Positions 1 to 8,768 of a stretch of DNA of 64,000 nt are shown here, in pieces. Position 1 is the first letter of the stretch. Every line of letters starts with the position of its first letter. Under the pieces are notes generated by a model. It was not told the DNA's origin. It searched no databases and saw only the letters and a list, made by a program, of their open reading frames with translations. Source of the DNA: Cyanobacteria bacterium P01_A01_bin.123 (GTDB taxonomy: Bacteria > Cyanobacteriota > Cyanobacteriia > Phormidesmidales > Phormidesmidaceae); the NCBI GenBank assembly GCA_039815185.1, contig JBCBZT010000021.1, positions 60,192 to 124,191 of the forward strand. Direction: 5' to 3'. Made by a program: the position numbers and the translations under genes.

Positions 1-929
1 TCCTCTAAAGAATACTTTTCTCCAAAACCATTGCAGAAAAGAGAACTGTCAATCTGTTCAAGCACCATGACTTTGGAACAATCATGTTTGACACCAGAAC
101 GCCATAAATATCTTAGATCTTGACCTGCCAGATGTTTCCATTGCTTATATAAAATTGTATTGCTTAGAAGCCATCCATCCCTTTCTCCAATGATATAAGA
201 TGGCTTTCCTGACTCTAAGCTTTCGTATACTTCACAGTCATAATTTCCATCGTCAGTGGAGAGTACAAAAAGGCATGCTTCCACTGATGCTCCAAAATAA
301 GCCTTTGTGTCTATTAAATAGACATAGCCTGCGAATCTATGTCCCGAATCCTTTCTGACTTGACGCATGACTTTACGAGCGACTGAGTATTTGCATAAAA
401 CTGCTATAGTTCCTTCTCTCTTTGATAACCACTCTGCATGTTTCAATAGCATCCATTCTGAAATGTCGAAATTCCCTGATCCAGTAATTGCATCAATGCC
501 TCGTCTATTTTGGAAATTGGATTTTGAAGGAATGTTTTTGCTATTGAGAGAACTCAATTCGCTACTCGTAACCCAAGGTGGATTGCCAATTATCAAAATA
601 TAGCCTGTATGCTCTGAAATAATAGATTGCCAATCAGTAGTAAAAAAATCAGATTCTCTGAGTGTTACAGTGGCTGAGTTTGGATATCCAGAAATAGATG
701 ATTTAGCATCCAAGATGTATTCGTTATTTATGTCTAAGCCTATGATCCTTGAGTTCTTAAACTCAGCAAGAGCAGCTCGAATAAATGCTCCTTTCCCACA
801 ACTTGGCTCTATAATAATCTGTGGCTTTATTTTGTGATTGAGCTTTAAAGTCGAAACTACTTTTCGGGCAAGATTTTCAGGGGTTTGAAAATCACCAAAT
901 TGCCACTTTAGCAATGATTTCTTTGCCAT
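1..929 (-). CDS. Type II DNA methyltransferase (amino-MTase, M.NspV-like); 3' end runs off the window
   Basis: Translated by hand from ATG at 929: MAKKSLLKWQFGDFQTP..IIEPSCGKGAF (motif I)..IIGNPPWVT (motif IV). Start directly follows the REase stop (TAAATG). Missing from the ORF track. Confidence 0.88.
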   Translation of the reverse strand, partial: MAKKSLLKWQFGDFQTPENLARKVVSTLKLNHKIKPQIIIEPSCGKGAFIRAALAEFKNSRIIGLDINNEYILDAKSSISGYPNSATVTLRESDFFTTDWQSIISEHTGYILIIGNPPWVTSSELSSLNSKNIPSKSNFQNRRGIDAITGSGNFDISEWMLLKHAEWLSKREGTIAVLCKYSVARKVMRQVRKDSGHRFAGYVYLIDTKAYFGASVEACLFVLSTDDGNYDCEVYESLESGKPSYIIGERDGWLLSNTILYKQWKHLAGQDLRYLWRSGVKHDCSKVMVLEQIDSSLFCNGFGEKYSLE

Positions 930-1583
930 TTATCGAACTCTTAGTATTCCTGAAGTTTTTCCGGTCTTATCAATAACGCGGCGATATTGAAGCCTCCACT
1001 GAAGAGCATTTGACATTGTTAAGTAGCCTTGATTTGGACGCGACTCTAAAATCCTATCAGCCAGTTGATTCGCACCGATTTCATCAACAGGAAGATGTCT
1101 TTCTAATATGAAGGCAACAATATCATCTTTATTTGCATCTCGATCTAAGATCTCCCGTAGTCCTGTGGTAGTTTGAAAGTCAGCAGTTCTAGTTTTGTCT
1201 ACAAAAACAGTGTGTTTGATATCTAACCTTCCAGTTCTATTTTCAGAGTCGTCATATTTTTCATAAACAAATACTAGAAGATGATATCCTAATCCAAAAA
1301 CTTTCTGGGCTGCTGATTTAAATGGGCAAGAAGATTGGGGCTGTTTGATACTTGTCACTTTCATGTCAACTTCGAGACCAGGGAAATCAATACCTGACGC
1401 GGAATTACCTGGTTGATAGTCATAACTTTCGGATAAATATGCCGTAAACTTATGCTCAAGATAAGTGCCGATTGCTTTACCGTCTGTTATGCCATAAAGC
1501 GTAGGTTCGTTATATGCAGTTTCGACTTCAGCAAACTTGGCTGCCTCAATGCGCAAGTATTCGGCTGTCAATTCTCGCTTCAT
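930..1583 (-). CDS. Type II restriction endonuclease, NspV-like family
   Basis: LYGITDGKAIGTYLE..GNSASGIDFP..VDMKVTSIKQPQSSCPF (PD-(D/E)xK-type core) resembles R.NspV-type enzymes; adjacent MTase; AT-rich DNA. Confidence 0.8.
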   Translation of the reverse strand: MKRELTAEYLRIEAAKFAEVETAYNEPTLYGITDGKAIGTYLEHKFTAYLSESYDYQPGNSASGIDFPGLEVDMKVTSIKQPQSSCPFKSAAQKVFGLGYHLLVFVYEKYDDSENRTGRLDIKHTVFVDKTRTADFQTTTGLREILDRDANKDDIVAFILERHLPVDEIGANQLADRILESRPNQGYLTMSNALQWRLQYRRVIDKTGKTSGILRVR

Positions 1584-1809
1584 ACTGATTTTAATGATGG
1601 CTCACTCTAAATAGTACACTGCTCCTCTTGTTTGAAGTTGATATCTTCTTGGCTCAAGTTTCTTTAGAGATGTCAGGTATAAGAGCTTATATATTCAGGC
1701 ACCTGAATATAGAGTGAGAGTTACTGATTGACTGAGATTAAGGTAGGTGTGTCTCAGATGGACAGATGTAAGGAGTAGTTTTAACCCCTCATACTTCTCC
1801 CTTACGATC

Positions 1810-2652
1810 TCAATCAACTGCCCATCTGCAAGTCTCTTTCAGCAGATATTTCAACGACAGATCCATGATGAAGCCAATCACGCCGAGCACAATCAGGCAG
1901 GCGAAGATTGTGTCGGTTTGGAAGAATTTTTGAGCGAGTAAGATGCGTCTACCGAGGCCAGTTTCGGCTGCGACCAGTTCGGCGACAACCACCAGATTCC
2001 AAGAAGAAGCCATATTGATCCGAAAGGCATCGATGATGTTGGGCAACACATAAGGCGTAATCACCTGAAACATCACCTGTCGCCGTTGTCCCCCCAGGGT
2101 ATAGGTCGTCTCTAACAGGTCTTTAGGCACAAACTTAACGGCATCCATAATCATCAGCGTGTTATAGAACACAGTGCCGATGAAAATTAGCGCAATTTTT
2201 GGGGCTTCATCGAGACCCAGATAGATAATCAACAGGGGAGTAAAGGCAGGCGCTGGCATATAGCGAACGATGCCGATAATCGGTTCAAATAGCGATCGCA
2301 GACTGGCAAACGCACCCATGGCAATGCCAATCGGCACTGAAACCAGCCCAGCCAACAAGAAGCCTGCGGCCACCCGCAAAAAGCTGGCGATAGTGTCATC
2401 GAGCAGAAAGCCATCGTTCCAAAGCTTGCCCAAAGCTTGAGCGACCTGTACTGGAGAAGGTAAAAACTTGTCTTCTACCCAGCCCAGACTGGCAATGAGC
2501 CACCAAGCCATGAAGGGGATTGCCACGGATAAAATCACGAGAATAGTGCTCAGCGATCGCGGCACATCTTCCCCAATCCGCCAAAACACAGTGGGTTTGA
2601 GGCTGGGAGATTTTTGAGCTGAGGTTTGAACTGAATTAGAAACAGTAGTCAC
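1810..2652 (-). CDS. ABC transporter permease (NitT/TauT/SsuC type), probable guanidine uptake
   Basis: FLPSP motif, multiple TM helices, EAA-like LETTYTLGG loop, VVAELVAAETGLG. Confidence 0.9.
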   Translation of the reverse strand: MTTVSNSVQTSAQKSPSLKPTVFWRIGEDVPRSLSTILVILSVAIPFMAWWLIASLGWVEDKFLPSPVQVAQALGKLWNDGFLLDDTIASFLRVAAGFLLAGLVSVPIGIAMGAFASLRSLFEPIIGIVRYMPAPAFTPLLIIYLGLDEAPKIALIFIGTVFYNTLMIMDAVKFVPKDLLETTYTLGGQRRQVMFQVITPYVLPNIIDAFRINMASSWNLVVVAELVAAETGLGRRILLAQKFFQTDTIFACLIVLGVIGFIMDLSLKYLLKETCRWAVD

Positions 2653-2863
2653 GGTTCAGACTCCGTTAATTCGTCTTTTGTACTTTGCCTTTCGCCCCCC
2701 CTTCAAGCTAATGCGTATACATGAAAAAGGTAGGGATGATTCTTTAGCCAAAAAATATTCAGAGAAGGCGACTGTCAAAGTTGCTAAAGGTTTTTGGAGG
2801 CCCCCAAAGTTTCGGGTTTGGGGGCTTTGAGTCTTGTCAATGCCGACGCAACCGTGTTGATGC

Positions 2864-3925
2864 CTACTGCGCCTCGGCGTAAGCCTGAACAAACTGATCA
2901 TCGAGCACTGCTTCTAGATCGGGGGCTTCGGGGATGAAGCCGACGCTTACCATGAAATCAGCCATTTGTTCGGCAGCGTAGGGCATAGACGTCATATCTT
3001 CCCCCGCTTGGAAGGCTTCTAGATTTTCCTCTAGGGTGAAGAACCGCGTTCCTTCTAAGTAAAGCCCAAACTCATCGGCGCTGACGCTGGCCCGTGCCGC
3101 CATAATTTCATTGGCCCGTTCGGTGTTTTCTTCCATAAAGGCCAGAATGTCAAACCAGGTGTTGATAAGAGCCTGCACTTGCTCGGGCTGTTCATCCCGG
3201 AGGGTATGACTCACCACCAGCAAATCGGGAATTGCCCCTGGATATTCCGCAGAACTAACCAGCTCCTTGCTGCCCTCACGGCTTAAGGCCGTTTCCCAGA
3301 AAGGCACCCAACCTGCGAAGGCATCGACCTGCTCGGCGGCGAAGGCGGTTGCCGCAGCCCCGGTCTCTAAGTTTTTGATCTCAACATCATCGCGGCTTAG
3401 CCCTGCATCTTCTAGCGCTAGACTCAGCAAAAAGTCCCCGACGACGCCTTCTTCTAGGGCAATGGACTTACCGGCAAGATCTTCGACGCTGTTGATATCT
3501 CCGGTGACGATGATTTTGTCATTGCCTGCGGAGTTGTCGTTGACCAACACTGCGACTTCTCCATTGACGGCTGCATCTGCAAAGGAAATAGTGTCATTGA
3601 GGGTTTGGCAATTGGCATCCAGTTGTCCTGAGGCCAGCGCTTCCATCGAGGCTAAATACCCATCAAACCAAATCAGTTCAACGTTGGCCCCATTTTTTTC
3701 AAACAGACCTTCTTCCTCTGCGATCGCCCAAGGCCACCAGCCCGCCCAACTGCTGTAGCCCATTTTGATCGCTTCTCCGTCACTGGCCACTACTTCAGTC
3801 TCTAGGGCAGAAGCTGCCTCATCAGGACTGGGGGTCTCTGTTGCTGGCTCACTTCCACACCCAACCGCGATCAGCAGGGTACATACAAAAGAAAGTAAAA
3901 TTGGTAAAAACGAACGACGTCTCAT
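2864..3925 (-). CDS. ABC substrate-binding lipoprotein (NMT1/SsuA-like), probable guanidine binding
   Basis: Lipobox IAVGC; GYSSWAGWWPW; NDNSAGND; operon context. Confidence 0.88.
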   Translation of the reverse strand: MRRRSFLPILLSFVCTLLIAVGCGSEPATETPSPDEAASALETEVVASDGEAIKMGYSSWAGWWPWAIAEEEGLFEKNGANVELIWFDGYLASMEALASGQLDANCQTLNDTISFADAAVNGEVAVLVNDNSAGNDKIIVTGDINSVEDLAGKSIALEEGVVGDFLLSLALEDAGLSRDDVEIKNLETGAAATAFAAEQVDAFAGWVPFWETALSREGSKELVSSAEYPGAIPDLLVVSHTLRDEQPEQVQALINTWFDILAFMEENTERANEIMAARASVSADEFGLYLEGTRFFTLEENLEAFQAGEDMTSMPYAAEQMADFMVSVGFIPEAPDLEAVLDDQFVQAYAEAQ

Positions 3926-3947
3926 TAACTTCTCCTATTAACTAACT

Positions 3948-4631
3948 CTAATTCTCAACTGGCACCCTCACCTGCGATCGCACCCAATCAAACCACGTAT
4001 CCAATCCCTGCCCTGTCTTAGCCGATACGGGAATCACCGTCACTTGGGGGTTCACCTGACGGATGTTGGCTTCGATTTTGGTGATGTCTACATCGACATA
4101 GGGGGCTAGGTCAGTTTTGGTGATCAGCAGCACATCAGCTTCCCGAAACATGACGGGATACTTCAGCGGTTTGTCTTCCCCTTCGGTGACGCTGAGTAGC
4201 GCAACTTTGGCATGTTCGCCCACTTCAAATTCGGCAGGGCAGACTAAGTTACCCACGTTTTCAACCAGCACCAGCTCAAGGGCTGCTGGCTTGTGATTGT
4301 GCTTCAGTTGGTGGATGCCACCCGCGACCATCTTGGCGTCAAGGTGGCAGGCGCGTCCGGTGTTGATGGCGATTACGGGAACACCGTATTGCCGCAGGCG
4401 ATCGGCATCCAGTTCTGTGGTCATGTCGCCTTCAATCACAGCGATTTTGAACTCTCGGCTGAGGGTTGCCAGGGTTTTTTCTAACAGTGCCGTTTTACCT
4501 GCGCCAGGGCTACTCATCAGGTTGAAGCAGGTGATCTGCCACTCGTCAAAGTGCGCCCGGTTATGATCGGCTCCGTCTTGGTTTGCGTGGAGTAGGTTAA
4601 TGCCGAGGGCGGCGTCAAAGGTTTGATGCAT
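3948..4631 (-). CDS. ghaB: HypB-like Ni-insertion GTPase (guanidine hydrolase accessory)
   Basis: SSPGAGKT P-loop, [23 protein letters not shown]; start set at MHQTF behind RBS AAGGAG. Confidence 0.88.
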   Translation of the reverse strand: MHQTFDAALGINLLHANQDGADHNRAHFDEWQITCFNLMSSPGAGKTALLEKTLATLSREFKIAVIEGDMTTELDADRLRQYGVPVIAINTGRACHLDAKMVAGGIHQLKHNHKPAALELVLVENVGNLVCPAEFEVGEHAKVALLSVTEGEDKPLKYPVMFREADVLLITKTDLAPYVDVDITKIEANIRQVNPQVTVIPVSAKTGQGLDTWFDWVRSQVRVPVEN

Positions 4632-4650
4632 CTTTAATTTCTCTCCTTCT

Positions 4651-6012
4651 CTAAAAGAACTTGAGGTAGCGTTTGATCTCCCAATCTGAAACATGGGTGT
4701 GGTACTCTTCCCACTCCTGCCGTTTGAAATCGGTGTAGGTTTGGTGCATCAGCGGCCCCATGACTGTTTTCGCTAGGGGATCGGCTTCAAAGGCGTCGAT
4801 CGCCTCTGATAAGGTGCGGGGCAATAGATCAATCCCCATGGTCTCTAATTCATCAAGGGAATACTGATACATATTTTCAGTGTGGGGTTCACCGGGATCG
4901 AGCCCTTCGCGAATGCCTTCTAACCCAGCCGCTAAAATCAGCGCCGCCCCGAGATAAAGATTCGTGGAAATGTCGGCAGCACGGCACTCGACTCGGCCCC
5001 CAGCTAGGGGAATACGGAGCATGTTGGTGCGGTTGTTGTTGCCGTAGCAGATGTATACCGGAGCCCAAGTGAAGCCAGACATGCTGCCCTGGCGCACCAG
5101 TCGCTTATAGCTGTTGACCGTAGGACAGGTCACGGCGACGACTGCTTTAGCATGGCGGAGAACCCCTGCAATAAACTGATAACCGAGTTTTGAGAGCTTG
5201 CAACCGTGCGGATCGTCGGGGTCTTCAAATAGGTTTTTGCCGCTGTCCATATCCGCTAAGGACATGTTGTAGTGTGCCCCGCTACCCGTTTTATCCCCGG
5301 CAATTTTTGGCATAAAGGAGGCGAAGTACCCCTGCTGCCGTGCCAATTCCTTCACCATCAATCGAAAGAAGGTGAGCCGATCAGCCATAGTTAGGGCGTT
5401 GGTGTAGGTGAAGTCCGTTTCAAACTGGCCCTGGGCGTCTTCATGATCGAAGGAATACACATCCCAGCCCAGGTCATTCATGGCGCTGACGATGCTGTCT
5501 AGAATCTTGTAGTTGTCCAGTAGGGTAGGGATATCGTAAGCGGCTTTGGGCAAAATGTCGCGATCGCTGATCGGCCCATAGCTGCCATCCGGATGGTCTT
5601 TAAGAATAAAAAACTCAGTCTCGATACCCAGGTTGAAGGTGTAACCCATCTCTGCGGCTTGGGCCAACACTTGCTTCAAGATTGTGCGGCAGCAGGCGTC
5701 AAACGGTTGTCCCGACAGATATAAATCACTGGCAAACCAAGCCACTTCTGAATTCCACGGCAAAATTGTCACAGTGTCGGGATCGGGCATCGCCGCCACT
5801 TCTTCATCGCTGACCTCTTGGGGTATGCCATCAAGGGCTGCCCCCGTAAACAGTTCTGACCCTGCCATCATCTGCCCCAGATGGGCAAGCGGAACCATTT
5901 TGGCTTTGCACATGCCGTGAATATCGACATAGCTGGCCAGGGCATACTTGACGCCTTTAGCCTCTAAGGAAGCTTTGAGTGAAGCAATTTCAGGGGAGAG
6001 GGATGGGCTCAT
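4651..6012 (-). CDS. GlnT/GmaS-type glutamine synthetase family protein
   Basis: [62 protein letters not shown]. Confidence 0.85.
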   Translation of the reverse strand: MSPSLSPEIASLKASLEAKGVKYALASYVDIHGMCKAKMVPLAHLGQMMAGSELFTGAALDGIPQEVSDEEVAAMPDPDTVTILPWNSEVAWFASDLYLSGQPFDACCRTILKQVLAQAAEMGYTFNLGIETEFFILKDHPDGSYGPISDRDILPKAAYDIPTLLDNYKILDSIVSAMNDLGWDVYSFDHEDAQGQFETDFTYTNALTMADRLTFFRLMVKELARQQGYFASFMPKIAGDKTGSGAHYNMSLADMDSGKNLFEDPDDPHGCKLSKLGYQFIAGVLRHAKAVVAVTCPTVNSYKRLVRQGSMSGFTWAPVYICYGNNNRTNMLRIPLAGGRVECRAADISTNLYLGAALILAAGLEGIREGLDPGEPHTENMYQYSLDELETMGIDLLPRTLSEAIDAFEADPLAKTVMGPLMHQTYTDFKRQEWEEYHTHVSDWEIKRYLKFF

Positions 6013-6018
6013 GGCGTT

Positions 6019-6088
6019 GGGGAGAGGGGGATGGGGAGAGAGGGAGAGGGAGAGGGGGAGAAGGGGGGATGGGGAGAAGGGTTAGGGG
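6019..6088. repeat. G/A-rich short tandem repeat tract (STRR-like)
   Basis: ggggagaggggg atggggagagagggagaggggagagggggagaaggggggatggggagaaggg between ghaA and the GS gene. Confidence 0.7.
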
Positions 6089-6471
6089 ACAAGGGCGGCT
6101 TGGTGAGGGGTGTTGGCTCCAGTGGGGGTGTATTCTATGCGATCGATCTTGAGTTCTCGACCGGAACGGATGTCGTCCATGGGGGCTTGGCAGGTGGGGC
6201 AGGCGTATTGCAGGCCAATTACTGGGCGATAGTCTTGCTGGCAAGCATGGCAAAAGGCGATTAGCGGTGTTTCGGCGATCGCCAGTTCTGCCCCTTCGAG
6301 AAACGTGCCTTGGGTTTGCACGTCAAAGGCAAATTGCAGGCTCACGGGTTCTACACAGGTGAACTGCCCGACGACCAAGTGGATTTTGGCAATCTGGGGC
6401 CGCTCGGGTTGAGACTCCCACCAGTCGCGCACGGTGATGATCAAGGCTTTGGTCATGTCAGTTTCGTGCAT
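6082..6471 (-). CDS. ghaA: HypA-like Ni metallochaperone (guanidine hydrolase accessory)
   Basis: MHE N-terminus, CxxC..CPxC, SGREL. Confidence 0.9.
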   Translation of the reverse strand: MHETDMTKALIITVRDWWESQPERPQIAKIHLVVGQFTCVEPVSLQFAFDVQTQGTFLEGAELAIAETPLIAFCHACQQDYRPVIGLQYACPTCQAPMDDIRSGRELKIDRIEYTPTGANTPHQAALVP

Positions 6472-6479
6472 GGCTGGCG

Positions 6480-7676
6480 TTACTCCCAGGGTGAATCAAC
6501 GGTCATGTCGGCTTCTTCGTTGATGTAGGCGGGGGGCTGCGATCGCGGCAGTTGACCCGAAAGCACCAAATGGGCCATCGTGTCGCAAATCACGCGGGTG
6601 GCCATCAGCGCCGTCATATCGCTGACATCATAGGGGGGCGACACTTCTACGACTTCGATGCCGCACACGGGCACTGCCTGCACAATCCGCTTGAGTAAGT
6701 ACAAGGCTTCGCGAGGCATCAGCCCACCGGGTTCTGGCCAACCTGTGCCGGGGACAAAGCCAGCGTCAATGCAGTCGATATCAAAGCTGATCCACACACA
6801 ATCAGTGCCGTCGGTAGCTTTAGCGATAGCAAAGTCGGCGGCGGCATCCAGGCCCATTTCAGTAATGTCGGTGACGGTGAGAATGTTGGTGGCCCGTTCG
6901 CGGCACACTTTCACCCCTTGACGCGGCACCTGCCAACCGCCAATACCAAGCTGCACCAGGTTTTTAGCCGGGGCATTGGCCATGTTGGTAGCGTGGAACC
7001 AAGGGCAAGTGTGCATCCGTTCATCCAGATCAGTTTCCTGGGTATCCACATGGCGATCAAAGTGGATGATACCCACTTTCTTATCCCCCAGGTGGCGGCA
7101 AATGCCCCGCACCGTGGGGAAACCAATGGAGTGGTCACCGCCCAGCACGATCGGAAAAGCACCCGAACTAAAAATGTGGGCAATGCCCTTAGAGATTTGG
7201 TCAAACGACTTTTCGTTGTTGGCCGGAATGGTGAAGATATCTCCCACATCACATAGGGTGATTTGTTCGCGCAAGTCCACCCCCAATTCAAAGTTGTAGG
7301 GCGTGTAGAGCGCTGAGATGCGGCGAATCCCTTGGGGGCCAAAACGAGTCCCTGGTCGATAGGTGGTGCCTGAGTCGTGGGGTACGCCCACGATGGCCAC
7401 ATCGTATTCGCCGACCTTGTGCACGTCTTCAACATAGGGGGCTTTCAAAAAAGTATTGATGCCCGCATAGTGGGGCAATTCTCCGCGCGAGAAGGTGGAA
7501 ATGCTGCGATCGCGGATACTCTCAGCCGCTTCTAGACCGAACGCTAACCCTTGAGAAACTTCCTGTTGCCAACCCGTCATCGGCAGCTGGTTTTCTTTGG
7601 CGAGGGCACGATTGGCTTCAGTTGAGTCGGGCCTGTCCGAATCAGAAGGCGTTGGTGTGTTTGGCATATCTGTCAT
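6480..7676 (-). CDS. gdmH: Ni-dependent guanidine hydrolase (ureohydrolase family)
   Basis: GGDHS, HFDRHVD, HTCPW, SFDIDCID, PGTGWPEPGG; next to HypA/HypB and a guanidine riboswitch; start set at MTDM behind GGAGG. Confidence 0.9.
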   Translation of the reverse strand: MTDMPNTPTPSDSDRPDSTEANRALAKENQLPMTGWQQEVSQGLAFGLEAAESIRDRSISTFSRGELPHYAGINTFLKAPYVEDVHKVGEYDVAIVGVPHDSGTTYRPGTRFGPQGIRRISALYTPYNFELGVDLREQITLCDVGDIFTIPANNEKSFDQISKGIAHIFSSGAFPIVLGGDHSIGFPTVRGICRHLGDKKVGIIHFDRHVDTQETDLDERMHTCPWFHATNMANAPAKNLVQLGIGGWQVPRQGVKVCRERATNILTVTDITEMGLDAAADFAIAKATDGTDCVWISFDIDCIDAGFVPGTGWPEPGGLMPREALYLLKRIVQAVPVCGIEVVEVSPPYDVSDMTALMATRVICDTMAHLVLSGQLPRSQPPAYINEEADMTVDSPWE

Positions 7677-7734
7677 AGCTGATGCGAATCCTCCAATCTT
7701 GACGAGCAGGCAAAACATAAGTGGGCGGATAATT

Positions 7735-7791
7735 ATAAAAGCCCGGGAGAGTGTGGGCGCAGTGCGCTCCCATGCTCTCCCGGGCTTTTAT
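7735..7791 (-). terminator. Riboswitch expression-platform terminator
   Basis: 17-bp perfect stem ATAAAAGCCCGGGAGAG / CTCTCCCGGGCTTTTAT that sequesters the aptamer 3' end. Confidence 0.85.
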
Positions 7792-7930
7792 CCCGCCGTG
7801 TAACCAGTATTTGAAGAATACTACCTTGCCGCTGGGGGTGGTGAAGTAACCTTCCACTGGCTGCTTCTCTTGGACCAGACATTTAGGCGACGAAACGTCT
7901 TTTCTACCTAAATCGGAACCCTAGAAGCCA
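7775..7930 (-). ncRNA. Guanidine-I (ykkC-yxkD) riboswitch
   Basis: Minus strand CTAGGGTTCCG..GTCTGGTCCAAGAG..ACACGGCGGGATAAAAGCCCGGGAG matches the ykkC consensus; directly upstream of gdmH. Confidence 0.93.
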
Positions 7931-8115
7931 ATAACCCAAATTCGGCCTCGAACCGGTAACTTTCCCTGATCAGGGTTCCATAGTTCTACGGCCAAACCGA
8001 GTTAAATTCAATTGTGATTTAGGTCATGGCCAAACACTCATCGATTATGCATTGCTGCCCGACGCTGCACCATGCCCATGCCTTCAATAGATATCAAGGG
8101 GGTAGACCACAAGGG

Positions 8116-8129
8116 GTATCAGAAACTAC
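8116..8129. promoter_or_regulatory. NtcA binding box
   Basis: GTA-tcagaaac-TAC (perfect GTA-N8-TAC) upstream of the riboswitch; imperfect -10 (TATCTA) 22 nt downstream on the minus strand. Confidence 0.7.
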
Positions 8130-8185
8130 GCAATCGAACTAAAAGCGCAGGTTGACACAAAACTTCATTACAATCGTAAGTATGA

Positions 8186-8620
8186 GTGTGTAATCAACCC
8201 ATGACCACGACCCCGTCTGACCCCGTTAGCCAAATCCAGTATTCACCCGCAACCCTGGCCCGTGCTCGTCGTGCCATTGGCTGTGCCCCTTTTCGATTGA
8301 AACTGCTAACCGACATGCGATCAGAGAGTGTGGCTATCAGCGCGATCGCTGATGCAAAGGGCATTCACAACGGTTATACCCAACGACCGTTATCAGAACT
8401 CGCGGCTGAAAATGAGCTGCTGTGGCTGATTGAAGTGGGGCTACTGCGGCGGGAAGTCGATGGTCAGGGATTAACCGATAGCTTCCGCCTCACCCCCCTC
8501 GGGCGGCAGGTCGTCACTCAGTTGACAGGAACAGGATTTCCGGATTCTCGTCCCCCAGTAAGGGATCAAATATATAATTCGTTGAGCCGTTGGTTGCGTT
8601 GGCCAGGATGGTTGCAGTAA
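8186..8620 (+). CDS. Npun_F0494-family cyanobacterial protein (winged-helix-like)
   Basis: LLWLIEVGLLRREVDGQGLTDSFRLTPLGR motif; true start may be 8201. Confidence 0.75.
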   Translation: MCNQPMTTTPSDPVSQIQYSPATLARARRAIGCAPFRLKLLTDMRSESVAISAIADAKGIHNGYTQRPLSELAAENELLWLIEVGLLRREVDGQGLTDSFRLTPLGRQVVTQLTGTGFPDSRPPVRDQIYNSLSRWLRWPGWLQ

Positions 8621-8768
8621 GTCACGGCAACACCTGGGACTGCATCATCAGGCTCAACCCAGTTCGCGGCAAACCCGCTAAGTTTGCGGCCTAAAAAATA
8701 ATCCCTTTGAACTTGACTTTAGATTTCTCCCTTGTATACCTCAGTCAGCCCCATTAGGAGGACGATTA

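Noticed and set aside
367..603. 78-aa plus-strand ORF
   Set aside because: Antisense shadow of the methyltransferase gene
3948..6471. hypA/hypB as evidence for a hydrogenase locus
   Set aside because: Context (gdmH, guanidine riboswitch) identifies them as Ni chaperones for guanidine hydrolase; no hydrogenase genes are present
6480..7718. Agmatinase (speB) call
   Set aside because: HTCPW and GWPEPGG motifs, Ni chaperones and the riboswitch favour GdmH
7597..7857. Short ORFs over the gdmH leader
   Set aside because: They overlap the riboswitch and terminator and have no coding features
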